Of a stretch of 64,000 nt of DNA, positions 24,587-36,340 are shown one piece after another. The position numbers and the translations under genes were made by a program. Positions within the stretch are counted from its first letter, which is position 1; every line of letters starts with the position of its first letter. Below the pieces are notes generated by a model. That model was given only the letters and a program-made list of their open reading frames with translations, had not been told where the DNA came from and did no database searches. Source of the DNA: Yuukianura sp. NJ FZ-2021 (lineage: Eukaryota); the NCBI GenBank assembly GCA_046563655.1, contig CM102284.1, positions 9,114,001 through 9,178,000 on the forward strand, in the 5' to 3' direction.

Positions 24587-27278
24587 ATGGACGTACCAAC
24601 CACAACTACTTTTATCGATGAAGACGAACCACCCACTCCGATGGAAATTGACAAAAGTCCTCCCGGAGATGCTGAAGCAACTTCAACCAGCAGAAGGTCA
24701 CGTTCAAGAAGTGTAAGTTCCAATGGATCACAAAAGTCAAACAGATCAAGATCCGGGTCACCTCCTGGATCTGTTAAATCGGCAAGGTCTCGCTCCGGAT
24801 CAGCACAATCCCGCAGTCCAAGTCCATCTGGATCGGCGAAGTCTGTTAGATCTCGATCAGGGTCACGATCACGCAGTCCAAGTCCGTCTGGATCTGTCAA
24901 ATCAGGCGGAAGGTCACGATCGGGATCAAGATCGCGTAGTCCCAGCCCTGCTGGTTCTGCGAAATCAGCCAGATCAGGCTCTCGTTCTCGCTCAAGAAGC
25001 GGTAGTCCTGCTGGATCAGTGAAATCAGGAAGATCCCGATCGGGATCTCGTTCACGCAGTCCAAGTCCTACTGGATCGGCTAAATCAGCACGTTCTCGCT
25101 CAGGTTCTAGAAGTCCAAGTCCTGCAGGATCGGCGAAGTCTGGAAGATCACGATCAGGATCCCGATCTCGCAGTCGTAGTCGTAGTGTTGGGTCACAGAA
25201 ATCAGCCAAATCTCGGTCCCGTAGCCGAAGTGGAAGTCGTAGTAGAAGTCCAAGTCCAGCAGGATCTGCTAAGTCTGGGGGGTCAAGACGAAGCAGAAGT
25301 CGAAGTGCCAGTGTTGGATCCAATAAATCTGGTAAATCCAGATCCAGAAGCAGAAGTGGCAGGTATTCTAATACTTCAAATCAATTAAAACTAACGATTG
25401 ATTAATTACCAATTAGTCTTATACTCCTGATATGTTAATTCTCAGCCCTCGCAGAAGCCGAAGTCGCTCTGGTTCTGTTCGCTCACGCTCTGGATCCCGC
25501 CACAGCTCTCGTGACTCAAGGAAATCAGGCCGAAGTCGTTCTGGATCTTCTGTACGAAGTCGTTCCGGATCACGATCACCGGCAGGTTCTCATCGTTCCA
25601 GATCAAAGAGTCCAACGACAAGCCGTGTCAAGCGACCACGGTCACATTCTGGTTCATCTCGCGGTTCGCAAGGTTCACGGAAATCTGGTACGTTTTCAAT
25701 TTCAGTTATACTTTACGATGATACTATCACTAACTAACTTTTGTTTTATTCAGATGCAGATGAAAAAGCCCAGGACAACCTTGCTGAAGATGGCGACGAA
25801 TTACCAATTGTGGCTCCAGCCAATGACCTCTCTGCTGTACTTCCCGACGTTTCTTCATCTGAAGATGAAGGTGTTGGGGGTTCCAATCGCTTTGGTGATT
25901 CCGGAGTAAGCGATTTTGAGCAGATGCTGCGACGTAAGAAGGAAGAGCAAACTGGCCGACGCAAGAAACGCCGTGATATTGACATCATCAACGACAATGA
26001 TGATCTCATTGGTGAGTTGACGAAAACAGAAACAATATTTTTTCGTTCTGTTAACGTTTGTGGTTGATTTTTTTCGTTCTAGTGGGACTACTTCAGGAAA
26101 TGAAAAATGCTGCCGATGTAAATACCTGTTGTCACAATGGACACCAAGAAACTTGTGAATTAAATTCAGGAAAATATGTGTAATTGTTTTTTTGTAGAGT
26201 GACCGTGAGTTGAACCAACAGTCGAAACCGGCTACTAAGAAAATTGCTCTGCTGAACTCCGTGTTGTCGCAGCTCAAGAAACATGATTTGCAACTAGCGT
26301 TTCTGGAGCATAACGTTTTGAGTTACCTAACTGACTGGTTGGCTCCGATGCCCGATAGAAGCCTTCCTGCTCTCCGAATCCGGGAGAGTTTGCTGAAGAT
26401 CCTTACCGAGGTAAGCCCAGTCCAGACTAAAAGATCTAAAAGTACTTAAAGTTCTAAAAGTACTAAAAGTTTTATAGTACTTTTATCGTTGATCAACTTT
26501 TAAAACAAATACTTTTTCTTGATTTTAGTTTCCACAACTGGAGCAATCCCAGCTGAAGCATTCTGGAATTGGGAAGGCCGTGATGTACCTCTACAAGGTA
26601 AACTTACCATGGAATTACTTAAGTTTGCTTCAATTAATAATCGATTACTCATGATGTTTTTTGTTTTTAGCATCCAAAAGAAACTAAAGCAAACAAAAGT
26701 ATTGCTGGGCGGCTGATCAGCCTCTGGGCTCGCCCGATCTTCAAGTTGTCCACAGATTTCAAAGCTCTGTCTAAAGAAGAACGAGAACTGAGAGATCTGG
26801 AACAAATGCCCAAGCGACGTCGACTGTCCGGAGATGCTTCGTCGTCTCGAGATATCAACAAGGCCATGAGTGGTGAAACTGGGTAAAACTCAAACTTTTG
26901 ATATAATATAAAACAGTAACTTATAATATATAATAATAAGTTAATTTATAAAATAATCGCAGCGGATTGAGACCTGGAGATCCTGGTTGGATTCCGCGTG
27001 CCCGTGTTCCCATGCCCTCCACTAAAGACTATGTCGTACGTCCGAAATGGAGCAGCGACGTGGACATTACTCGCGTAAATTCTCCAACTTTTGAAACTCC
27101 AACTTCAAAATTTCAATTTCCTTTCATTCTAAAAGTTTTTCTTTAACTTTTTCAGTCCAAGGCAAAACAAACTTCAAGATTAGAGAAACACGTTCGTTCT
27201 TTTGCTGAGAGGAAGAAGCAATCCAAAGTGCAGCGAGCTGTGACAATTTCCGTTGAAGGAAGGAAGATGAATTTGTAA
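24587..27278 (+). CDS. IWS1: IWS1/Spn1 transcription elongation factor with N-terminal RS-rich repeats
   Basis: [153 protein letters not shown]; short GT-AG introns. Confidence 0.96.
24760..25350 (+). repeat. Coding degenerate tandem repeat (about 17-23 aa, [18 protein letters not shown]) in IWS1 exon 1
   Basis: Roughly ten recognisable copies with diverged synonymous positions. Confidence 0.85.
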
Positions 27279-27645
27279 AAATCTGATTACTAATTAACTT
27301 AACGCTGCTTTATCCCAAGTAAGTGTCCAATAGATGTCAGAATTGACTAGCAATGTTCTTCCTTGCTTTCCTGATTAATCTTTTCCAATTAATTACTTTA
27401 CAGTTAATTAGTCGAGTAAACGTAAGACTAAGATTCAATTACTTTAATTTATTACATTAATTGACAGGGTCTCATTTCTTGTTCATAATAAAATTACCCT
27501 GAAACTCAATCAAGAATTCAATTTTTCTGAACTTTGGAATTTTGCTATCTAAAATCTACTACCACGCAAGAAAATGCAAGATTTCAAAAAATTTTCATAA
27601 CAAAATTGGAATCATCTTCTAGAAATTGCTAAGTATTTAGCGTAA

Positions 27646-30600
27646 TTACTGACTTTTGGATGCTTTGAGCTTTCGTTTTGAAGCCGCGGAAGCTGCAGAA
27701 CTCTGTAGATACTTGTCCATGCCCTCTTTGAGATACGCTGAAAGTCGCTCAAAGTTGACAATAACCAGGAACACAAGCATCATGAAAGCAAATGCCAAGT
27801 ACGACGACTTCCCAATATCCTGTTCATGATGAATTGGTTCCACGTTGAAATCAAATGCAAAGTGGGCATAGGCTTCTTTGGCTGTAAAATTGATTTGAGG
27901 GGGAAGTTCGTAAGCAAAGTTGGCTTGATTCAGAGTGGACTCGAAGACAATAAAGTAGTCACCACCGTCTTTTGGAATTGGGGGTAAAATGATATAAGGA
28001 ACACCGTTGAATGGAACTGAAAAGAGTGGAGAGTCGGTTGACTTTGTGGAGTAAATCAGCGCTCGCAGCGATTCCAAGTTTCTTGTGTTTTTGGAGTAAA
28101 CACGCAGACTAATGTCCATTCTCTTCACAGGCTGAATCACAACGAAAGTGATGTTATGCACATTTTCATTTCCAATCTGAAAAAAAAATGAAAACACCAG
28201 CATCAGTTTTTTGAAAAACCAAAGTTCTGAAAAGCCCAGACATGAGAAATTTTCGAAAAAGTTCATTTTTACCCGCAGCTCCAACTCTTGTGGAATGGTT
28301 CGCTCAACGCGCTGTGCCTGTTCGTCTTTCTTCACAACGCTGACTTTGTACTTGCACTAGAATTTAAAATTACAGATGAATTAGTTGAATTAATGAATCG
28401 CAAGTGGTAATTACTTGTGAATTACTTCTGAATTACTTACGAACGACTTCAGCGACCAAATCCTGAAGTTTCCATTTTCGTCTGAAACGCCTTCCTCTCC
28501 GTACTCTGAACAATTTGCAATGCCCTTAGCAGTTAACATTAAATTCGGCATCAGCTCTCCGCTCAGTGTCGAAACTTTTCCAAACATGCTGAAAGACTCC
28601 CTCTTCGCACTAAAAAAAATCAAATTCTTTAAGCATATTTTTCAAAATTGCAATAAAACTTTCAAAAAATTGAAAAAGTTTCTTACCTCAGCTTGATCAC
28701 TTTGGTCTCTTGTTCTGCCAATTCAATGTGTAGTGCACTTGGTTCAAATGAAAACTCTGAAAAACAAGAATTTCCATTTACAAAATCCAGTTTTCAAAAT
28801 ATGAAACCAAAAATTGCCCGAAAGTGTAACACTTTGCGAAGATTCCTAACTAATATCAGGCAAACAAAAGGTTTCAGAATAATCTAGATGAAAGTGAAAA
28901 CGGTTACATGGTGTTCTTAATCTAACCGAAAACAAATTGATGAATTCTAATTACTAATCGAACCTTTGAGCAGCGCTTTGAGAAAGTACGTTCCTGGATG
29001 CAAGTCTCCAAATACCATTTCGCCATTCGCATCCGTCACTCGATTTTGTCTGTAGCCACTTGGACCACTGAGGGACAAAAGTACTGGCGACACTGGACTC
29101 TGATTCTGAACTTCCTCCACTCGAACTTGGATTTTGGCCCACTGCAGAGCATTGAACGAGTAGCCATCTCCGGTAGGCTTGAAAGTGTATCCAGCCAGTT
29201 TCGGGGTGACGACGAACCCTTGTGTGTGAATGAACGGTCCAGCGATGTACTCTCCTTGACTATTAGTCGTAACTATAATTCGATCGTCACTTCCCACCAG
29301 TTCAACTTCAATTTCAACTCCATCTGAAAAAATTTCAGCAACACATTAGTTCAAATCCTCAATTAAGAATTAGATTCATTTTGATACCCAATGCTGGAAC
29401 GATTTTTCCTTTCACGACGTGCGACTTCTTCGCAACGACTTCAAAAATTCCCGCTCCGCAGTCATCTCCCGCCACAAATCCTAAAGTGTTGGGCTCAAAG
29501 ATGAAGTCATATGAGAAGAAGTTGAGATTAATCGATTCTCCAGCCTTAGCCGTTAGTTTCAAATTGTATAAAAATTGACCATCTTTTTGATCCAGGAGAG
29601 ACACCGATTTGGTGTCCAGAGGCTGTCCATTTTGTTTCACTTGGAACTCAGTTAGTTTAGCATTTGATGAAATTGTGCCTAAAAATTCATGAGCAATCGC
29701 TTGTAGACTGACTTTTGTAGCAGTAGTTCCTTTTTCGATTAATTTGAAAGTGGTTGGATTGGATTCAAAAGTGTGACAACTCGTCATCTGGAGGTCATAG
29801 CCTTCTGCAGAAAACTGTTTTAGACAAAGTTGCTTTTCGACGTTCTTGTCCAGGGAGACTTCTTCCAGAACGTTGGCCTGTCGTTTCTGTTTGGACAGAA
29901 TCTTGACCTGAGTTGCATGGGACGAAGTAAGGTCAACGGCGAATCCAGTTTGGACAAATTCAAGGTCATCGACGTTTTTGTCCCGAAGTTGGGTGGAGAT
30001 TTCAAGTTCCTTCCAGCAGTAATTAGTTCCGGTAAGTTTAAGAACGTACTGTCCAGATTCCAGGTTATTGAATTTGAAAGTTCCAGTTTTAACTTCCGCT
30101 TCGGCTATAACTTTTCCAGGCTCGGATTTTGATAGGAGTTGAACCTTGACTTCACACTTCAATGTTGTTTTGGACAGGAGCGGACAAAGGACACGTCCAG
30201 AGATGAAGCCACTGAATTCCTTAAACTCAAATCCAGTTGTAGAGGGAACTTGGATTTTAGAAGATGCTGGAACGAAAAACTTCTCTGGACTACTTTGGAT
30301 GCTGGCGGAGTATTTTCCAGGAGGGAGAAAATAGCAGAGCTTCGTAGTTGGAGAAACTATGCTCTCAACTTGAGACGTTTTCTTGTCGTCGCTTTCAAAT
30401 TTCAGTGAAAGTTGAGTCGTGGGGAGCAATTCGCGGACTAATTGAAGACTTCCGCAAACTTGAAACTTCGATGGTTGGAATTCCGGTAGAATCGGATTTG
30501 ATGCGGTGATCTTGATGGTTTGTTTTGCAAATTGGAATTTTTCTAAAAATGAAAAGCAGAATTTCAAAAAAATTGAATGAAAAAAAAAACTTTAATTTTT

Positions 30601-32077
30601 GTGAAATACCAGCGATGATGTCAAACTCGTAAGTCCCGGCTTTCATCTTTTGTATCGAAAACTTTCCATTCTTGTCCGATTTTGCTCGAACTTGACCATT
30701 GACTGAGATGGTAGCTTCGGTAGGGCCTTTGACTGATCCCAAAACGGTAAATCCATCGACTTCAAATCCGCCTAATTCAATTGATTGATGTTTCAAATCG
30801 ACATCGAGACGATCCGGAGACACGTTGTACACAATATTGGCACCCCTAAAACAAACAAAACATTAAAACAACGCTTCAAAATACAACTTTTTGTGGAATG
30901 CGAAAGGGTGGACTCACTTGTAAACAGGAACGACAGTATATTTCCCAGGAGGAACGTTTTTGAATCGATACGTCCCAGTTGCATCGGACACTTGATGACA
31001 AATGACATGTTTGGATTCTGTTTCTGGCAAAACGAAACCTTCCGGTTTACCGGCCTTACAGTTTTGAACGTTCTTAGTTTGTGATTGGCCAAGTAACACG
31101 AGCGAGACACCTTCCACTCCACTCTTGTCGCTGGTCACACGTCCTTTGATTTCATAACCACTGATCGTAATCTGCAAAAACGAAATTGTAACGTTCTTTC
31201 ATTGAACTCAACATCTACCAAGATTATCTTAATTACCTTATTGGCAACGTTATAATTTTCCGTGACTTCGAAAACATGCGTGTCCTTTTCATAAGTAGCT
31301 CCAGTGTGACTAGATCGAAGAGTGTACTTTCCAGGAGGAATACTTCCGAATGAAAAGGAACCACCAGTTTTAGTTTTTGTTTTGAGGAAGAACCCATCCT
31401 CACCAGTCAAGGTCAAAAGAGCATCGGATGGTCCCTCTGAATGACCCAAGGTCTGAATTTGCCCAGTAATTGAGAATCCTTTGAACTCAAAGTTGAGATC
31501 CTCAGAACAAATGTCGGACGATACTCCGTCGAAGTTTATCTTGTACTCAGACGGTTCAAATGTCCATCCCCCGGGTGGACTTATCTGAAATGACACCAAA
31601 CATTTAGCGTAGTTTCTTCCCGTAATCAAGTTCTCAGATGGCACGATGACACGATGTCACCTTAGACTTAAGAAATGACAACCCTTACCTTCATCACATA
31701 TTGGCCCTTAGAATCCAGTGGCATAAAATAATACCTAGAAGACGAAATGAAGTTCAATTAATTAGTTTCATTTGAGCTACTTCTTCGCCAGCCACCATTA
31801 CCCAGTTGTCGGCGCACTCTCAGTTTCCAATTTAAGATTCCCTTGCTTCGTATACCTAAAATCATAAAAATTCATTTGAGTATCGACATAAATCATCGAT
31901 CGAAGTTAGTTAATCTAAAACTTACAATTTAATTTGAATTTTATTGAAATCCAATGGATAAGGACTTTGCACGAATCCACCACAACCGAAAATTTCCTGG
32001 TCTTGTCCAACTACTCCATTTAGTAAAACAATTAGTGTAACTACTACGTTAATCAAAACTAACTTATTCCTCTGCAT
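27646..32077 (-). CDS. NOMO: Nodal modulator (NOMO, BOS complex subunit), type I ER membrane protein
   Basis: Signal peptide MQRNKLVLINVVVTLIVLLNGVVG, then IFGCGGFVQS, YTKQGNLKLETECAPTTG, PPGGWTFEP, ICSEDLNFEFKGFSITG, repeated prealbumin/Ig-like segments, YRQNRVT..LHPGTYFLK, C-terminal TM (YLAFAFMMLVFLVIV) and basic tail. Confidence 0.92.
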
Positions 32078-32459
32078 CGTACTACTTAACGATTACCTAA
32101 CTCGCCTAAATGTCAATCAATGATTGATTTATCTAAGAATACTTGTCGTGTCGTCACTTCACTCTTCAAATCTCAGAACTCATCGCTCAGCTGATTTGGT
32201 AAATTTAATTTGTCCACTTTCAAGCCGGTCATTTGTTCTACGGCGTAAAATCTACGCGCCTCGTGCTTCTGTGTGAGAAAGAGAATCTGCTGTATTCAAT
32301 CAGCCTATTTAAAAATTCAAAAATTTCAAAAAATCAATTAATTTAGCAATGTTAAAAGGTTTTGGATTGCTGAAATTAATTTATTGAAGTTTGAAAGGGA
32401 GTTGTATCCCTCTACGTTTACAATTTATTTAATTAGGTTTAAACGTTACGTTTTGAAAT

Positions 32460-35325
32460 TTATTTATTAATCTCTTCAAACGCTGACCAAGCTTCGTTCA
32501 ATTCAATAAAAATGGCTTTGGCCAGTGCTTCATGTTCACTTCCTACTAATTTATCAGGATGAATAGCCAAACAGGCCTTTCTATAGGATTTCTTGACTCC
32601 AGGCATCGTCACCATTTCAGCCATACTGATTTCCTGCCAGTTACATTCTGGCCATGTCACCGTATGAAGACTGGACAGCAGAGCACGAATGTTCTTCGTC
32701 TTCCCTTCTTTCCAGTTACTCACCTAAAAATTGTCAATTAATCGTCAGTTTCAATTAACATGTCAAGTACTGGCAAGTATTTAGCAGTTCTTTCAGTAGT
32801 TGTGACTGACCTTGATTGAAATCGGATCCATTCCGCTGTTTATCATCTCTTGTTTCCTCATTTCCTGGATCGTTTGATTCTTACTGTTTGAACTGACGTT
32901 GAATCCCTCTGACTTGAGAAATTCTCCGAAAACGTCGTTCAGATTGCTTTTCTTTTGATCTTTGTCCACTGGTGGCTCAAATGCTGATCGACTGTAGTTG
33001 GGTTGACGAGGAGGTTGCGCAGAAGTATAACTATGAGTAACAGGAGCCGCTGGAGCAGCAGTTGGAGCTTGATAACTATTAAACAGTGACTTTTCCTTTT
33101 CTGTAACTAATTCAGTGAGATTTGGAGTGGAAACGTTTTTGACTATGCGCTCAGGTTTGAGCTGAGCAAGTGAACTGAATGACGAACTCGATGGAATCTG
33201 AAAGAACAAAACCACAAATTACTTACAATCAATTAATTAACTGATTAATCAATGGATTCAATTACCGTAGTTGTAATATCATTTCCAAAAAGATCCAGAT
33301 CATCCAGGATGTTTCTGCCTTTGGGAGGATTCGTTGTCTTCGGTTGCTGGGAAACTGTAGGCGACGTCGTCGCCGCTGCAGCGGGATTTAATACCGGAAT
33401 TGTAAAGTCACCAAAAATGTCGTCATTGGCAACTATTTGAGGACTGGGATTAACTGCTGGTGCTGGTTGAAATGCTGGGCCAGCATTTCCAACACTTCCA
33501 CCAAACAAGTCAGCTAAAAGATCCACATTTTGAAGATTATTATTAGGAAGATGTCCATTTTGATCACCATTTCGTCTGGAGGAGTCTTGTGTTTGAGAAT
33601 CTCCGAAATCTAGAAGAATCCCTTCCGTTTCTTCTTCATTTCCGGTACTTGGTTGTTCATCTTCAATTGGCGGAGACTTGCGACCAGAAGTTGGAGTGTT
33701 TTCTTGCGAAGGAATGTAGAATGTTGATGGTCTTACAGCAGGGGGGCTGGGTTTAGGCGGTCGAGGAGGAGGTGCGCTAGATGCTGGAGCTGGATGTGCT
33801 TGATTGTTGTTGGATGCTCGCGGTGGTTGAGGTCGAGCTGGTGCACCATTGTCAGGGCGAGATGCTGATGAAGATGCTGCTGGAATCGCTGTTTCAGCGG
33901 TCATTTCACGGATGTTTTCTTTGATATTTTTGAAAAGCGATTCGGCGCCACCTAAAACGAAAAATGGCTTTGGTACGACTGAAAAACGATTTTTCTAGCT
34001 CATTCCGCACCAGAGCTGGCAAGTATTTTTGAAACACTTACCACGCAACGAACTGAATAAACTTTTTTCTTCTTTCTTGACTTCTGTCACAGGAGTTACG
34101 ACGGGCTTCTTGAATTCAATTTTCGTTATTGTCACACCAGACAAGTGATTAAATATCGTTTCAAAATCCATCCGATCATCCGGGTTTGGTTGAAGTAGTC
34201 CTCCTTTAAAACGGATTGAAAAAATGATGATCGCCAGAAAAAAGTTTGTGAATTGTGTGTGAAAGTTGGATTGACTTACGAATAATAGGAGTAAATGAAT
34301 CTTCATTACGAATTAAGTACTTTGCATTGATAATTGCCAGTTTATTGGAGTCTGGAAAGGGATGACTTCCATAGTCCAGGAGGTACAGGAAACAGCCAAG
34401 GGCCCAAAGGTCAACACGAGTATCAATTTGGTAGTTTTGCCAGAGATCCAACAGTTCAGGAGCACGATACCTAAAAACAAAGAAGAACGTTAAAGAAACG
34501 TTTTACGCATTCAAGCGAAACCTAAGCTCACATTGGAGTAGTTTTTGCAGCAACTTTTTCTTCGACAATTCCGCGTTGCGTGGCGTTCCAATCAATGGTT
34601 GGCCTAATTACTTCACGAGTCGCGGAACCAAAGTCAACGAGCTTAACGTATCCGTCAGCCCCAACTAGAAAGTTCTCCAGCTAAAACGTACAGTTTATAA
34701 ATCAAAACGTTGTTTCGAAACTGAAGTTTGAATTGCTCTAGTAGCTGACCTTAATATCTCTGTGAGCAATGCCTAAGTTATGCATGTATTCAACAGCATT
34801 ACAGCACTGGCGAAAGGCATTTCCAACCAGTGCCTCGTTCCCCTCCGTCGGTGGAAGCGGACAGCAGTATTCCATAATAATGTAGTTTTCAACATTGCTA
34901 GTTTTGACTCCCAGTAGTTTAACAATATTTCGATGAGTCAATCTACTCAGAAGATCAATTTCTCCAGCTACTGCTTCTTCTGCAGCCTTGTCAGGAGTTA
35001 AAATTTTCTAAATCAACAAAAGGTCAATTAAAATCCTTCCGTTTGCTTAATTTCCAATGAATTTGTATGTACTTACCTTTACAGCTACGATTTGACCTCC
35101 GAAGTCACCGAAGTACACGTATGAAAATCCTCCTTCAAAAACAAGCATATAAAATCACTAAATTAGGCTAGGTAACTTTCCGAAATAAGTTAAAATCGTA
35201 TGTCTTACGTTACCTTCTGCAATTAGTTTCGTCAGTTTTAAGTTCCTTCCTTCAAATTTAATTGTTTCCATTGAGGTGTCCGAAGAGGTTTCTGTACTTG
35301 AAGAAAAGTAACTGCGGAATGCCAT
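32460..35325 (-). CDS. GAK: Cyclin G-associated kinase / auxilin (NAK kinase + clathrin-binding region + J domain), no PTEN/C2 module, about 750 aa
   Basis: LIAEGGFSYVY, VAVKK, HRNIVK, AHRDIKLENFLV, DFGSAT, TTPMYRAPELLDLW..VDLWALGCFLY..HPF; SSLRGGAESLFKNIKE; LLDFG and DLL motifs; J domain WKEGKTKNIRALLSSLH..YRKACLAIHPDK..IFIELNEAW. Confidence 0.92.
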
Positions 35326-36327
35326 GCTTCTGCAGTTTTTTAAGTGTCAGCTTCAATTAAAAAGAAGGTCAAACAAGTTAACCCTATGTTGACGTCTCTT
35401 TTCTTAGAATCCGGAATCCCCAGGATTAATTCCTCTGTACTTAGAATCCGGATTAGTTAATGCAGTAGTCTCCCTTCAGTTTCTGCACCCATTTTCTCAC
35501 GTACTGAATTTAAAATACCACCTCCCCAACTAACGTACTTACCTCTAATTATTAATAAATTAAAAACTTTAAACTAATTAATTGAGGCAGAACCAGGACC
35601 GTAAAAGTCCAACTAAAAGTGGGTGGATACACACACAGCTGAGCTTATGCCAAAACACCAAAAGAGCAGCTGTAAAAGCACAAAATTGACAGCAAACAGA
35701 TCAAAATCCAAAAGTTGTGGTCAAAATTCATGTTTTTTTTTCGTAAAATTGCAAAAAGTTGGGCAAAGTTTAAATTTCCCGCCAAAACTTATCGAATTTT
35801 TCTCACAATGCTACTCAGACTCAGGCCCAAAGTACAGTCAAGAAGATTGACCTGATTAGAAAACAAATTGTGCTTTGTAAATGAAATTTCGAACAGTCAA
35901 TCGACAACAATCAAGAGAAAACTGAAAATTTTCAAAATTTTATTAAATTCCTCTCGTACTCTAATAAAATCACAACCGGAAACTTGTAACGACAAATTCT
36001 TATTTGACTAACACTTTTTGAAAAATGTAATTTGAGGTTTTCCGTATTCCATTTTGTCTAATTTCAAAATTTTGGACGAAATAAGCCTTCGCAAGAACAA
36101 AATTTATTTCTCAAACCGGATTCATAACATTTTTTCTCCTTTTAAAATCCGGAATTCAATTTTTTAGTTTTCATGATTTTCCAAAATCTGAAATCCAGAT
36201 TTATCAAATTTCAGTTCTAAGTCTTTCGCTTTTTTTCTTCTTTGATGGTGAAGTGGTTTGTCATTGAAGTTTTAGAAAAAAGATGCTCGTGTCATGCGAC
36301 GAGACAGTTTAGACAGTAAGTTGTTCA

Positions 36328-36340
36328 GTTGCTAGGCAAC
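36328..36340. promoter_or_regulatory. RFX X-box (GTTGCTAGGCAAC) in the GAK/CDKL divergent intergenic region
   Basis: Near-perfect 13-bp GTTGC-NNN-GCAAC palindrome upstream of a ciliary kinase gene; a non-coding exon donor at 37308 and an acceptor at 40079 suggest the CDKL transcript starts near here. Confidence 0.7.

Noticed and set aside
24547-25323. 258-aa Leu/Arg/Asp-rich antisense ORF
   Set aside because: Shadow of the RS-repeat coding strand of IWS1.
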